From Takakia lepidozioides (lineage: Eukaryota; Plantae; Bryophyta), in assembly GCA_030704615.1 (NCBI GenBank), contig CM060731.1:85374001-85438000 (forward strand): a stretch of DNA of 64,000 nucleotides, given 5' to 3'. The position numbers and the translations under genes are program-made. How positions within the stretch are numbered: the first letter of the stretch is position 1; every line of letters starts with the position of its first letter. The notes under the pieces are model-generated. The model had not been told where the DNA came from. It was given only the letters and a program-made list of their open reading frames with translations, and did not search any database. This document shows positions 38,229 through 49,852 of the stretch, one piece after another.

Positions 38229-41200
38229 ATGCAGGTGGTTCCCTCCAAGAAACAAGAACAAGAAATAAGAAGAGTTATGAACGGAAGAGTCAGGGTTGCT
38301 CTGAATAGCCAGCGTCTCGACGAGAGGAGTAATCAAAGCTATAGCGTTGTAGCTATGGTTGATATTACAGACTACACACTGGCATTACTTCTCACGCAGT
38401 GGCGCAAGGACGGACGGGTGGAAATAACATTTTCTCTCACCGACTATCTGCAAGCCCCACAGGCTTACACGCACTTACCCGTTCCTTTCTGTGCCAACCA
38501 TACCTTTATGCTCTATGCCCTGCAAGCTTTCCTAGAGCTGTTTCAAACAAGGCCTTCTTGTTTGTCTGGGATGAAGAGAGTTAGGGGAATGGAGGATATC
38601 AGGGTGAAGAGCACCACGATTCTGCAGAAGCAAACAATTGCTACACCACAGGCAGTGCAGCTGCTGAAGGAGTTGCGATTGGAAGGGCTGCTACGCAAGG
38701 ACTAGTCCTTGCATCATCGGAAGTATATGATTCAATTTGTTGAGAATTTTGAGCCTCGGACAGGAGTTACCCAAGTGAGGGGAGTAGATATAGAAATTAC
38801 TCCCCAGTACCTGCAACAATTGTTCGATTTGCCATCGGGTCATGTGGATGTGGATGAGCACAGGGCAAGATTGCAGATAGGCAATTTGTTCCAAGAAGGG
38901 AGTTTCTTTAGGACTCAAGGATACACCTGCACCAAGGCCGAGTACCCAGGGCTAAGAGAAGTTGGCCAAATCCTGAACATTCTGTTTGCCATGAAATAGA
39001 ACCAACAGTACTTGAGCAGATCATTCACAGAGGAGATACTGAAAGCTTTGAGGGGAGAGGATGTAGCCTGGGCGGAGTTGATGTACAATGGTCTGGTGGA
39101 AGAGATGAAGCGGTTACAAGGCACTGTTGCTAAGTCTCCGATCATAGTGTCTGGCCCAATAATTGCGCAAATTATCCTTGATACTTGATGCGCGAGAACG
39201 TAAGGAGATGGGAGTGTTTGAGACAGCAACCACTGCAATTGAGGAGCAGGGCTCTTCACATAATGAAGATGGTTTGGAGGGGCAGCACTAGTCCAAGAGG
39301 CAGAAGCGGGATATGACTGTGGCAGACCCACTAGCTTCAAGGAAATCACAAGATGACGTTTCCATAGCGCTTGTGTAGGATGATAAACAACAGCACAGGG
39401 GGCTGTTATTACTAGAAGCACGGCCTTTGGAGAGGGAGGAAGAAGTCACATCGATACCACAACCACCACAACCAGATGACTTAGTTGTTCTAGGGGTCAC
39501 TCAGTTAGTCCATGCTGTTACACCAGAGCCTATTGCTGTGGAAGGAGAAGGGTTGGACATTCCCACTACAGAGCAGGTAGTGGCAGAAATTGAGAAGGGT
39601 GACCTTCTCTATGAAAACTCAGGCTTGGTCAAAGAACCAGTGGTACCCGAGATGCAGAGTCTGTCCAAGCAAGTCCCTTTTGTGCATGTGATACCTGAAC
39701 CTGTGGCGGAGGTTCGAGGGGTAGAATGTAAGGGCACTGCAGCACCTGTGGAGAATGAGGTCGTTCAGGAAGAAGATCTTGTGGGAACATGGCCTGAATG
39801 GTTGGTGAAACATCACACTTTGGAGAATCAGGGGGACCATCAACAAGTTTCCCATGAAGACCCACAGCAGGCCATGCTTATGAGTTCCATAAGCATGACA
39901 CTCAATTTGTTGGGCACTTATGTGAAATCCCATGTTCCATCTACACAATTGGCAACTTTGAGGAAGGAACTCAAGCAAGAGTTTGAGGCTAGAATTGCCA
40001 CCGAGTGTGCAAACAAGGTGGATGTGGAGGCCAATCTCAAGTTGCAGAAATAATTGGAGGACACGAAGGCTGCCCTGCAGCTAGCAAAGGGGAATTTAAT
40101 TGAAGCGGGTCTGGAGCAGGAAAAATTGCATGAAGCACATAAGCAACAGCTATACCAATTGCAAGTGAAGCATGAGGGCAAGTTGTAGGAAGTGAACGTG
40201 CTACATACAGAGTTGGAGGCAGTTCATCAGAAAATGACCATCCAATGTGCCACACTAACAACTGCTCTGCAGCAAACTGCATTAGATTTTAGCAGACAAT
40301 CAGAGAGATGTATGATGGTGGAGGCTGAGACAGCAGAGCAAGGGAAACTCATTGCTGATTTGAAGGCTACTATCAGTCGCAATGAGGATACTTTCCAACA
40401 GTACAGTCAGGTTGAGGCTGAGAAGGAAAGGTATATCCTGAAGTTGCAGCAAACGCTCACAGGTCACAAGAATGAACTCTTTGTGGCTAACAAGGCTTGG
40501 AAAGAAGCCAATAATCTGGCTGCTGCCTATGCGGGTCTAGTTGAACCTCATACAAAGCACATGGAGGCCTTACAACAGCAGTTAGATGTGTAGAGACTTA
40601 AGGAGGAGCAGGCTCTAAGGGGTGCTACACAAGACTTGGTGGATAATCATCTTATGCAAGTATGGTTAACACAAGGGCCGGTGGAAGGGAAGGCACCACG
40701 AAACTCACTCAGGGGGAGATGAATGATCTCAGGTTGCAGGTGCAGAGCATTGCCACAACTACTATAGACAATGTTTATAGTAGGATAGCAGAGTTATAGG
40801 ATGATGTGGAAGGGCTGCAGACTCAAGTGGATGACCTGAGTTCCAATATTGACAAAAGAATCTTTGTTCCTGAGGAGCAGTTGGTGGCTACTTATTTGCA
40901 TGCCAGGACTCTGATTTTTCAGTCTTCTTCACAGGAGGTACAGGAGTTGCCAGTAGTAGGAGGGGCAGTGGTGGCAATATCACAGCCCCCACAGCAGGTG
41001 GCTGTGCAAGTGGCTGACCCCATTGATACCGTGGCAAAGCCACAGTTTGAGGTTTGGGGGGATGCTGCTTTTAACCCACCTAGGACTCCTGCTGCACTGG
41101 AGTACAATCGGGCTATGATTATGCCCTTCAACCAAATTCCCATTGTGATGGATTTGGCTTGGAAGGAATTCAGTCCTCCACAGTCTTTGGCACATTATTA

Positions 41201-42125
41201 CCAGATCATGCGCATTTGGTTGTCAGTGGCAACTCGGACTAAGGATCTTCCAAACAATCGACCCATCGAGGATCATCATTTTGCAAGGTACTGGTCTGAG
41301 GCAGACACCATGCTGAGAGAATTAATTACCTTCCAGGTTGTTCATGGATATATCTACACCAAAACCAAGGAGGTATCTAGTATTGTCATGGGTTGTGGAT
41401 TCTACTATGCTGCTTGTTTCATTGCACGTTATCACATTGAGCAGCAGAAGATGCAATCACGATTTCTGAGTTATTCCAGTGGGGATCATTGGGTCTAACC
41501 TTCAGTTCCACCTCATATGTATCTGTATGATGCGAAAGTCATGATGCAGAAGGATTCCCAACTTCGTTCATGGTTTAATTTGGCTTGGAACAACTTGGCC
41601 AAAGAGAAATTGGGCCCTGATGATATTTTCTATAAGGGACATGAAGCCTGGAAATACTTACACTGTTCCAAAGTCATTGGCACACCTCTTACCTATACGG
41701 CCAAGGAGTTCAGGGAGTTCACACATTTTGCTTGCAAGTGATTAAAGCAAGTGGTACAGTTTAAGCTTCCAGACATGGTGGGCCAACACTGTATGCCACA
41801 CAGGATTCCTCAGGAGCCACTTAAAGTTTGGCCACTGAAACACCTTAGGGGGGAAGTGGATTCTGATACTACTGGTTCTTCAGAGGAACCTTTTGACATG
41901 GCGGAAGACTATGCACTTCAGATGGCAGAGAAGAAACGACGGGGATCTCGTATGCCTGAGAGGTTACCTCGTTATCAACCACAGGAGGGTCAGACATTTC
42001 CATTTAGTGCTCAATCACCTCCATCAGCCAGTGACAGGGCTCGAGCTCGCACACAGAGCCCTTCAAGAGACTCTCACAAACAAAAGGGTGCTTGCTCACA
42101 AAGGTTTGCTGATTCTAAACAGTAA
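38229..42125 (+). pseudogene. Large extra 3' ORF of the gypsy element (Athila env-like position; plant transposon protein-like domain plus coiled coil)
   Basis: Chain of ORFs joined across stops. QFVENF....VTQVRGVDIEIT...LQQLFDLP...WAELMY..L..EM.......GP.IAQI resembles the Athila ORF2/Transposase_32 motif. Conserved with 50817-59739. Confidence 0.75.
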
Positions 42126-42146
42126 ACCGTGAGGACACGGATTTTT

Positions 42147-42160
42147 GAGAGGGGGAGGGG
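42147..42160 (+). promoter_or_regulatory. Polypurine tract, copy 2
   Basis: GAGAGGGGGAGGGG, 3 nt before the 3' LTR. Confidence 0.9.
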
Positions 42161-42163
42161 TAA

Positions 42164-43197
42164 TGTTAGAGGGCTGTCTGGGACTTAGACACTTTTATGG
42201 GCTCTGTGGGGTACCCTTAATTTTTGCGCAGCCTTACGGATGGTAGACTTAGACCAACAAAGATCTTAGGGGTGACAGGCACAGGCTTTAGGGGTGGTAG
42301 ACAGGTTTACACACTCAGTTACAGTCTTACACAGTCGTACACAGCCTAACATAGTCTATCACAGCCATACACAGCCTTACACAGCCCGACACAACCTAAC
42401 ACAGTTTGTCACGGTCAATCACAGCCTATCACAGTTAGTCACAGTCTATCACAGCTCGGCACAGTTTTACACAGCTAGTCACAGTCCGACACAGCCAGTC
42501 ATAGCTCGACACAGTCACAGCCTGACACAGCTTGGCACAGCCCGTCACAGCGTACATAGGGAACGGTTATCATTAGCGGGGAACGACTGTGTGGGAACGA
42601 CATCTGCAGAGGGAACATGTTACTTCAGGGGTGACAGTTAGTTAGTTAGGCGGTTAGAACAGCTTGCAGGTAGATTAGGCAGAGCAGCAACATGAAGGGG
42701 ATCACTTCACGGGGAGCACTTCTTGGTCATGCATGAGAGAGGATCGGGCGGAGAGCAAGAACGGGAGCAAGATAGAGAGCACGGTGAAGGAGGAGAGATG
42801 ATTAGTAGATGCTTGTTATATGCAAAGCTGTAGTGATATTGTAGAGCAGATTAGAGACACAATGGCTTCGGCCTGATACCTGATAAATCATAATCTGATA
42901 CTTATACGATACAATCACATTGTGTAGAGAGACATGAGTGAAGCTGTGGAATGAATGGATGAGTGAATGGAACCTGGTAGATACTGAAGCAATCTGATGC
43001 TTCAGTATACACAGTAAGGTAATATGCTAACATGAAGACAAGAAGAAATACAAATAGGAAGCACAACCATGATTCACTAGTTGTAGGTGATGACTGATTG
43101 TTCTGAGCGGGCTGAGTGCTTAGAGGTATCCAACTCTTCTATCTTGGAGTTTCCACCTCGGATAGCGAAGGGACGGGTGAGTAAAAGCCGCACGACA
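42164..43197 (+). repeat. 3' LTR (1034 bp)
   Basis: TG...CA, follows the PPT and is followed by the TSD. Confidence 0.96.
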
Positions 43198-44087
43198 CTT
43201 GCCAAGCGGCCACTCAATGTAGGCTCTTCTCTCTTACTTCTCAAATGCAACATAGTTCTTGTTTCTTGTTATGGATGGGAGTGATTCTTCAGATCTGTTG
43301 GCAGTTGAAAGGTTTCAGCTATAGTGCAATTCTTGTAATTTATATAGCTTAAACTATAGCTTATAGGTTTCAAGTTTTAGCTATTGTGAGAGAGCTGTTG
43401 TCTTATGGGCTGATGTCTGCAGACAACAACAATTCAATGTCGACCAAGAAAAGCCCGAGTCCTTCATCAGTCTCTGATCTCTTGAATCTGGTTCTTTTGG
43501 TACATTTTAATTCAGGCATGTTTTGTAAGCAGTATGTACAACTTGGTAGCATGAAGCTGTAGAAAGGTCCTTCGTGTAGAAAGGTGCTTGTTGTAGTTCT
43601 GATGTTATGGACCTGGAGAGAGAGATATGGATGTGTGACCTGGGGAGGAAGAGCTGCAGGTGATCTTTATTCCAGAGGAGAAACCTCCGCCAGCCTTCCA
43701 TCACTCATGAGAGCTTGGGGACATAAGATACACGTTGTATTCATATAGCTTCCTGGACTTTTGGCCAGGTTGGCTCTAAATTAGGGCCCGCCGTTCATGA
43801 AGTGATTTCAATTGATTAGATGTGGAGCATGGAGAACATGTGGAAGTGTTGTCAAATGCTTCTTTGCATGTCTCCCTGTCACTAAATAATTATCTACTTT
43901 TCCATTCATAATCTCCCCGTCGAATTTCAGAACTGGGACAAACATTTCAGCGAGACTATTTGCACTTCGAGTCAAATGAGACATCTTTGGCCTTGCTGCT
44001 AAGACATACCATACTAATTGTGGGTTATGTGGGAGGGGAGGTTGGGCAGGTTAAGGACACTGTCACAAGCAACAGTCATAGGACTAG

Positions 44088-44409
44088 TGTCGAGAGGCTT
44101 TTACTCACCCATCCCTTTGCTATCCGAGGTGGAAACTCCAAGATAGAAGAGTTGGATATCTCTAAGCACTCAGCCCGCTCAGAACAATCTACAGCTAGTG
44201 TATCATGGTTGTGCTTCTTGTTTGTATTTCTTCTTGCTTTCATGTTAACAAATTACCTTATTGTGTATACTTAAGCATCAGATTGCTTGTGTCAGATTAA
44301 GATTTGTCATGTATCAGGCCGAAGCCATGGTGTCCCTAATCTGCTCTACAGTCTAACTCTATAGCTTGCATTCATCAAACATCAGCAGACCGGGTCCCCT
44401 CCATCACTG
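44088..44409 (-). repeat. LTR fragment of the same gypsy family, interrupted by MULE copy C
   Basis: Reverse complement of the LTR 3' end (AAAAGCCTCTCGACA). No adjacent PBS, so it is a 3' or solo LTR. Confidence 0.88.
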
Positions 44410-44619
44410 GGGGGCTGCTATTTCATGAGCGGCATGAGCATGAGCGGAAAAAAAAAAAGCATGAGCGGGCCGAATTGTGTCCACGGAAATAGGGTTAGGA
44501 GGCACGGAAATAGGGTCATGTGGACTCGTCATAGCAATGAAATGCAACATTTTATTGCAAATTTGGTGGCAAGCCACGTCTATACAAGTGTGTCCTAACT
44601 GTCATAGCAGGAATGGGAA

Positions 44620-47600
44620 CTACTCTCCTACACCTTCCGAGGAACTTGGCCCTCCTTCTTCCTCATCCCCCTCATCCCCCCCATCCTCTGAGCTCTGTGA
44701 TGCATCGGTTGCAGTATGCCTCTCAAAAATGCCGTCCTCTCCTTGGGGGACTGTCCACCTCACCTCCTGGGAATCTTCTGCCTCTTCTCCCCCACTTTCC
44801 TCAGCAGAATCCAACACAAATCTACGAGCCCGACGGGCTCTAATAGCTGCTGCCTCCTCCCTCATCTTCATTTTCTTGACGCTTGCCTCGTCTAAAATCT
44901 GTTGTACACGACTAGGTTCGGAACACCTCCTAATGGACACCGAAGCAAGCCGGGTAGCATAAGTAGGAAGGATGTAGTCCCTTTCTGGACTAGGCATGAA
45001 ATCCCCCCTGGCAAAAAAAGGCACGTTCCTCCTGCCCATGAACTCCGGGTAGATGTCCCTCCTGCCGTACTTGGCATCCTACAGTAAGAACAAATTCACT
45101 TCAAGAATGTCAATACCAGCAGAAGCAGAAAGGGTTTTCAATGAAATAAGAGAGCGAAGGGAGGTGCCTCACGAAATTTGGAGGCAACTTACAATGCGAC
45201 CACTCACTCGTACACCGGGGGCTCCTCGGCCTCGATCCCAACTTGTTCCTCCCCCTGCTCCTTCTCGTATTTTTCCTCATCCTTCGAGGATGCCTCTTCC
45301 TCTTTCGGCAGACGTTCAGCCGCTGCAAGTTCCGAGTTGTGGAGGGCAGTATCTGGCTTGCGAACACATGCCTGTCGGACAACGTCCCTGCCCACATTGA
45401 AGCACCTGAGGAACAAAGCGGGCGATTAATAGCTTGCGGCATGCAATTGCAATTGGGCCAGGGGACAAACTGAGCATGTGAAGGCTTACCCGTGCCGCAT
45501 GTGAGGTCCAGAATCCGCCCTTGGACATCCGAGCACGTCTCCATGAGGGTTTGGATGAAAGCAGGGCTCCGGGTCCGGCTGTACCGCCACGGTTTGCCTG
45601 TCTTTGTGTCCTTTGGCATACTGGAGTGGGGCACATAGTTGTAGAGGACATCGTAGGTAACAGGGTCCACAGCGGCATCAACAAGACGACCGTCGTTGCG
45701 GAATTTGAACGTAGACCCTCTCTTCACAAAGCAATATGCCTCAAACACCAATGTATGCACATCCATCTTGTTTAGATACACCACAATATGAGGTGAATGC
45801 AATATATTGATAACTTACACTTTGGCCCTCTGTTCGCAACCCCTGTGTATTGATGCAGAACCATTTTCTGAGGAGGACCGGGGTGACACTTTTCGGTGTC
45901 CACTTTGCCACCGCATTCTCTGTGGTCTTCCCTCTTGTGGCAAGGACAACCACACATCCACCATCATCCAGAAGTATCCCCGCCATCCCAAACCCGGCTT
46001 TCCAGTAGTCCTCAGTAAACCTGTTCCAGGTGGGCACACCATCCAGGCCCTCCAGCAACTCCCCATCTGGAATGTCGAGGAGAATCATGTCGTTAGCTCT
46101 CTCCACCTCTCCCCCCCCCCCGAATGCTCTTGCAATCCGTGCTCACAGCCGTGAAGAATTCCATCATGGCTTCAAAACCAGGGGTGTCTTTAGGCTCTGT
46201 ACCGGCAGCCCTCTTCTTGGCTTTCCCCTTCTGCTCCGCTAGAGATTTGCTGTGTGCCACCTTCTTCGCCCTGGCAGCGAGAGCGTCAAGGAAGCTCTCA
46301 TTGACGCATTGGATGATGGTTGGAGGTTCTAGCTTTGGCCTGTGCGTAAACATCACCGCCAAATACCGCCGTGTAGGCTCGCCCTCAAATGCCAACTTCT
46401 AGGCAGAGCCAGTCCCACTCCAAACTGACTTGGGAACCCGGACAACCGGTGACTGGGTAGCAGCAACAGCAGTCGCAGGACCTTGAACAAAGTCGTCGTC
46501 CGAGTCACTCTCTTGGGTCCCCTCCTGCGCCTCCTCCGATGCCCCGATGGTTTTCTGTTTTTTGGGTGTTACTGCACTCACCTGTTTCCTTGTCCTTTTC
46601 CTTTGGCCTTTACTCTTCTCATTCAATTTCTCCTGAATTCCTGCCTGAGCAAGCTCTGCCGCTTTCCTGGAGTTCGCAAGCGCTTTTGCCTCTTTTGCAC
46701 CCAGCGGAGGCAGCGGAGCCCGGTTTCGTCGGGCCTCAGCATCCAGCTTCAATTGAAACTCGGATGGGTCGAGCGAGCCGGGCGGAAGGTCCACATACCA
46801 AGGGCAATCACGCAAATGTTCCAGATGTCACTCCTTCACAATATCGTCAGTGTACATGGAGTCAGCCCCAGGGTTCCTCCATGCCAGGAAGAATGGTGGC
46901 TCGAAAGACAGATGACCTTTCTCCAAAAGGGAGAACTTGCAGTACCTGCATTCATGAAAAACACAATGAGGTCCCTGAACTGCAAATTCGGCACCATTTT
47001 CCCAAGTTGGGGCGGATCTGAGTGGGCCTAGAAATGGAAAAATGGCGCCAAATTTCGGTTTTCGGTGACTGCCACCCTAGGGACTTAGCCATCTTGGGAG
47101 CCCTGAACTGGAAATTCGGCGCCATTTTTCCCGGTTTGGCCCGAAGATGGCTAAGTCCCAGAACGGCAATAGGGCCCAGAACTGGAAAAATGGCGCCGAA
47201 TTTCCAGTTCAGGGCCAGCCACCCTTGGAACTTAGCCATTTTCGGAGCCCTGACTGGAAATTCGGCGCCATTTTCCCAGGTCCGGCCCAAAAATGGCTGT
47301 CCCACAAAGGCAATAGGGCCCAGAACTGGAAAAATGGCGCCGAATTTCCAGTTCAGGGCCAGCCACCCTAGGGACTTAGCCATTTTTGGAGCCCTGACTG
47401 GAAATTCGGCGCCATTTTCCCAGGTCCGGCCCGAAAATGGCTAAGTCCCAGAACGCCTTGACCTGGAAAAATGGCGCCGAATTTCCAGTTCAGGGCCAGC
47501 CACCCTAGGGACAGCCATTTTCGGAGCCCTGATCTGGAAATTCGGCGAAAAATGCAAGGACTGAAAGGAATGCATCGCGTATGTACCTGTACAGAAGGCA

Positions 47601-49510
47601 CATTGCCGCTTTGTCCGCGTTCGGCTGGTCAGTGAACTCGTGGCTCTGGCGGGCATGTGGTATCTCCCGAAAGAATAGGTCGGTTTTGTAGAGCAGAAAG
47701 TACCTCGTCACATAGTCGCGTAGGCTCTCTGTTGCAGGAGAAATCTCCATCTTGAACTGATGTGCTTGTGTGTCCATCTGCTCTTGCACATTCGTCGTCA
47801 CCTGTGGAGATTCTCCATCAGATCGCATTGCTGAAAAAATACAATGAATCCACCCCCTACAAGAGTAGAAGCGCCAAACGAAGCGTGGGGAAGTACCTGA
47901 AACCACCATGTCATGCGGTTCATCCACATGTCGAATGTGGGGTCAGACAGTTTGTCCGGTTTGGGGAAGCTCCACATGTCCCTTGTACTTTGGGAACCAT
48001 TCCAGATTTGGAGCCACCGGGTCTGTCCAACCACCCAGCATATTCGTAAGCGCCAAACACCACAAAAACGAGTTGTTGCCACCACAACTTGGTTAAGAAT
48101 GTATCACCTTTTCTGCACCATCCACACAGGATGTGGCTAGACGATGGAGCTTCTCATCATCGTGGGCTTCAGAGCGCGGGAGTAGTGCTTCCCCACCTCC
48201 ACCAGAAAGTCGGCACCAAGGGCGGGATCAGCTATGGCCACGTACTTTACCATCCGCGACTTGTACTTTATGCGGGCCCTCACCTCCGCAGCTTTGAGAT
48301 ACGATTCGAGTGCCGGGAGGGTTAGATTCTTCTCCTCTGACTCCATGTACTTTACCCGAAATATGTAGTCCACCATGGCGTCCATGCTCAGCCTATACCA
48401 GGTTCTGTCTGCCTTTGCCTCCGACTTGCGCAGGAGGTCGGCACTGAGCGAATTGGCAAACTCTTGCACCCCATGCTTCTCGACATCGTTCACTCGGAAG
48501 AGCATATGGGACAAGTTGGTGGCAATGAAGGCATTCTCAGTCACCCTGCAATGCCACATTTCCATCAAACAATTCTGAAATGGGAATTTACAACAAATAT
48601 GAGGATTCGCAATGAAATGACTTACAATCGGATGGGTCCAAAAGCAAGAGGCGTTGTAACTTACGAGTTGATGTCCGCCATTGCAGCTTTGAGAAGACTG
48701 CGATCTTTGGGCCCCGCAACCTTCAGCACAACACACTCCATGGCGAAATGTCAATCGAGGTCGTTGGGGGGGGCTTCGGCTATGTGCTCCATCCATGCCA
48801 GGAGGCGATGATTGCCGTCCCACACGTAAAACATCTTTCCGGACAAGTGATGGAAAAGAGGATCAGTAACAATCGATCTCTCAAACTCCTCATTTCACCT
48901 TTGCCAATGGGGACCCCATTTGTCCATCTCATCGGAAGTGTGGGCACGGGAAGCTCCGTGGTCGTTCTCAATGGAAACGTAAAACGCGGCAGACCCCATT
49001 CGATATCCATCCCGGAAAGAGAATTTCAGCTTGTCGATATCGCCTGGGAGAGCAGGTCTCACCACCTGCAAAGACACCAAGCGGCAAAGGGGAATTCGAA
49101 GCTTGGCCGGGTACACCATGCCCCCCAGCACCCTGCCAATGTTGCTGTGGGTTGCCTCCAACATCTTGGCAGCGGCCAACTTCATATCCGCCTCCGACAT
49201 GACGTCTGCTGTAGAGGGGTTCTCCAGCAGCCCACCAGGACCGCCAAATCCAGCCTGTATGCTGCGGGTTTGGGGCCTGGGGATGTCCGGGAGGACGTCA
49301 TCCTGGTCAGAAAGCTCGGTGTCGTCCTCCTCAACATGGTCAACCACCAGCGAAACCACCTGAAGCACTCTCCCTGTCTCTACTGCCATTTCCCCGGCTT
49401 CACCTCGAACTTGCACAATCCGTGCTCTTTGTGGTGTTCTGTCCTCTCCTCCACTCTCCACCGTATGGGTAATTGCGGGGGTTGCTCTTGTCCACGATGG
49501 TGTAACCTCT
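44620..49510 (-). pseudogene. Multi-exon gene: ParB/Srx-like domain fused to a beta-class N4-cytosine/N6-adenine DNA methyltransferase-like domain
   Basis: RIPLCRL...VRP....DIDKLK..F..GY......FYVS and MFYVWDGNHRLLAW (48805-48822, ParB DGxHR). DMILLDIPDG (motif IV position, 46065-46076)...W...LL.DGG.VVV. RSPAFIQTLMETCS....RILDLTCGTGAS..AG....RHVFA (motifs X, I, II; 45360-45580). GT-AG introns at 48664-48546 and 45489-45406 keep the frame. Several stops and frameshifts. Confidence 0.82.
46975..47550. repeat. Intronic tandem array (~122 bp unit) with GGAAATTCGGCGCCATTTT in alternating orientation
   Basis: Lies between a donor near 47585 and an acceptor near 46946. Same motif as 9170-9570. Confidence 0.92.
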
Positions 49511-49852
49511 AAGGTCTCATTCTCTTCGACATCAGACTCATTCTTCCGGCTTCGTTTGCAACGATGCCTTGCTTCCGGAACCACGACGAGTGCCCTTACG
49601 GAGGCGTGGATCATTCAAACTATACTGCCACACCGGGGGACATCGTCATTTGGCACACAGTTTGCACTGACGACAGTGGGGCTGAGTGCGAAACATTGTC
49701 TGCTTTTGAGTATTTGCCAGGGCAATATGCTTTCGAGCGGGGTGATGATCTTGGTCTCTCCAATCCATGGCTCTTGCACATCGTTGATTCAAATTTCCCC
49801 ATCTACGGCCGGCAGCCGGACAGAATGCGTAGCGCTATGCTTTGGTGGTGGA

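Larger units (their letters stand above)
23691..43197 (+). mobile_element. Full-length Athila-like Ty3/gypsy element, copy 2, with a nested MULE (27096-33278)
   Basis: Paired LTRs (TGTTAG...CGACA), 5 bp TSD CTTGC at 23686-23690 and 43198-43202, PBS, PPT, and domain order gag-PR-RT-RH-INT without a chromodomain. Confidence 0.97.
44410..49510. mobile_element. Mutator-like element, copy C (left part with the ParB-like/methyltransferase gene)
   Basis: TIR GGGGGCTGCTATTTCATGAGCGGCATGAGCATGAGCGG at 44410; overlap with copy A at 49277-49507; same GGCGCC repeats. Confidence 0.88.

Noticed and set aside
44620-49510. Bacterial contamination or prophage as the source of the ParB-MTase gene
   Set aside because: The gene has frame-preserving GT-AG introns, sits within plant TE termini and is nested with plant retroelements.
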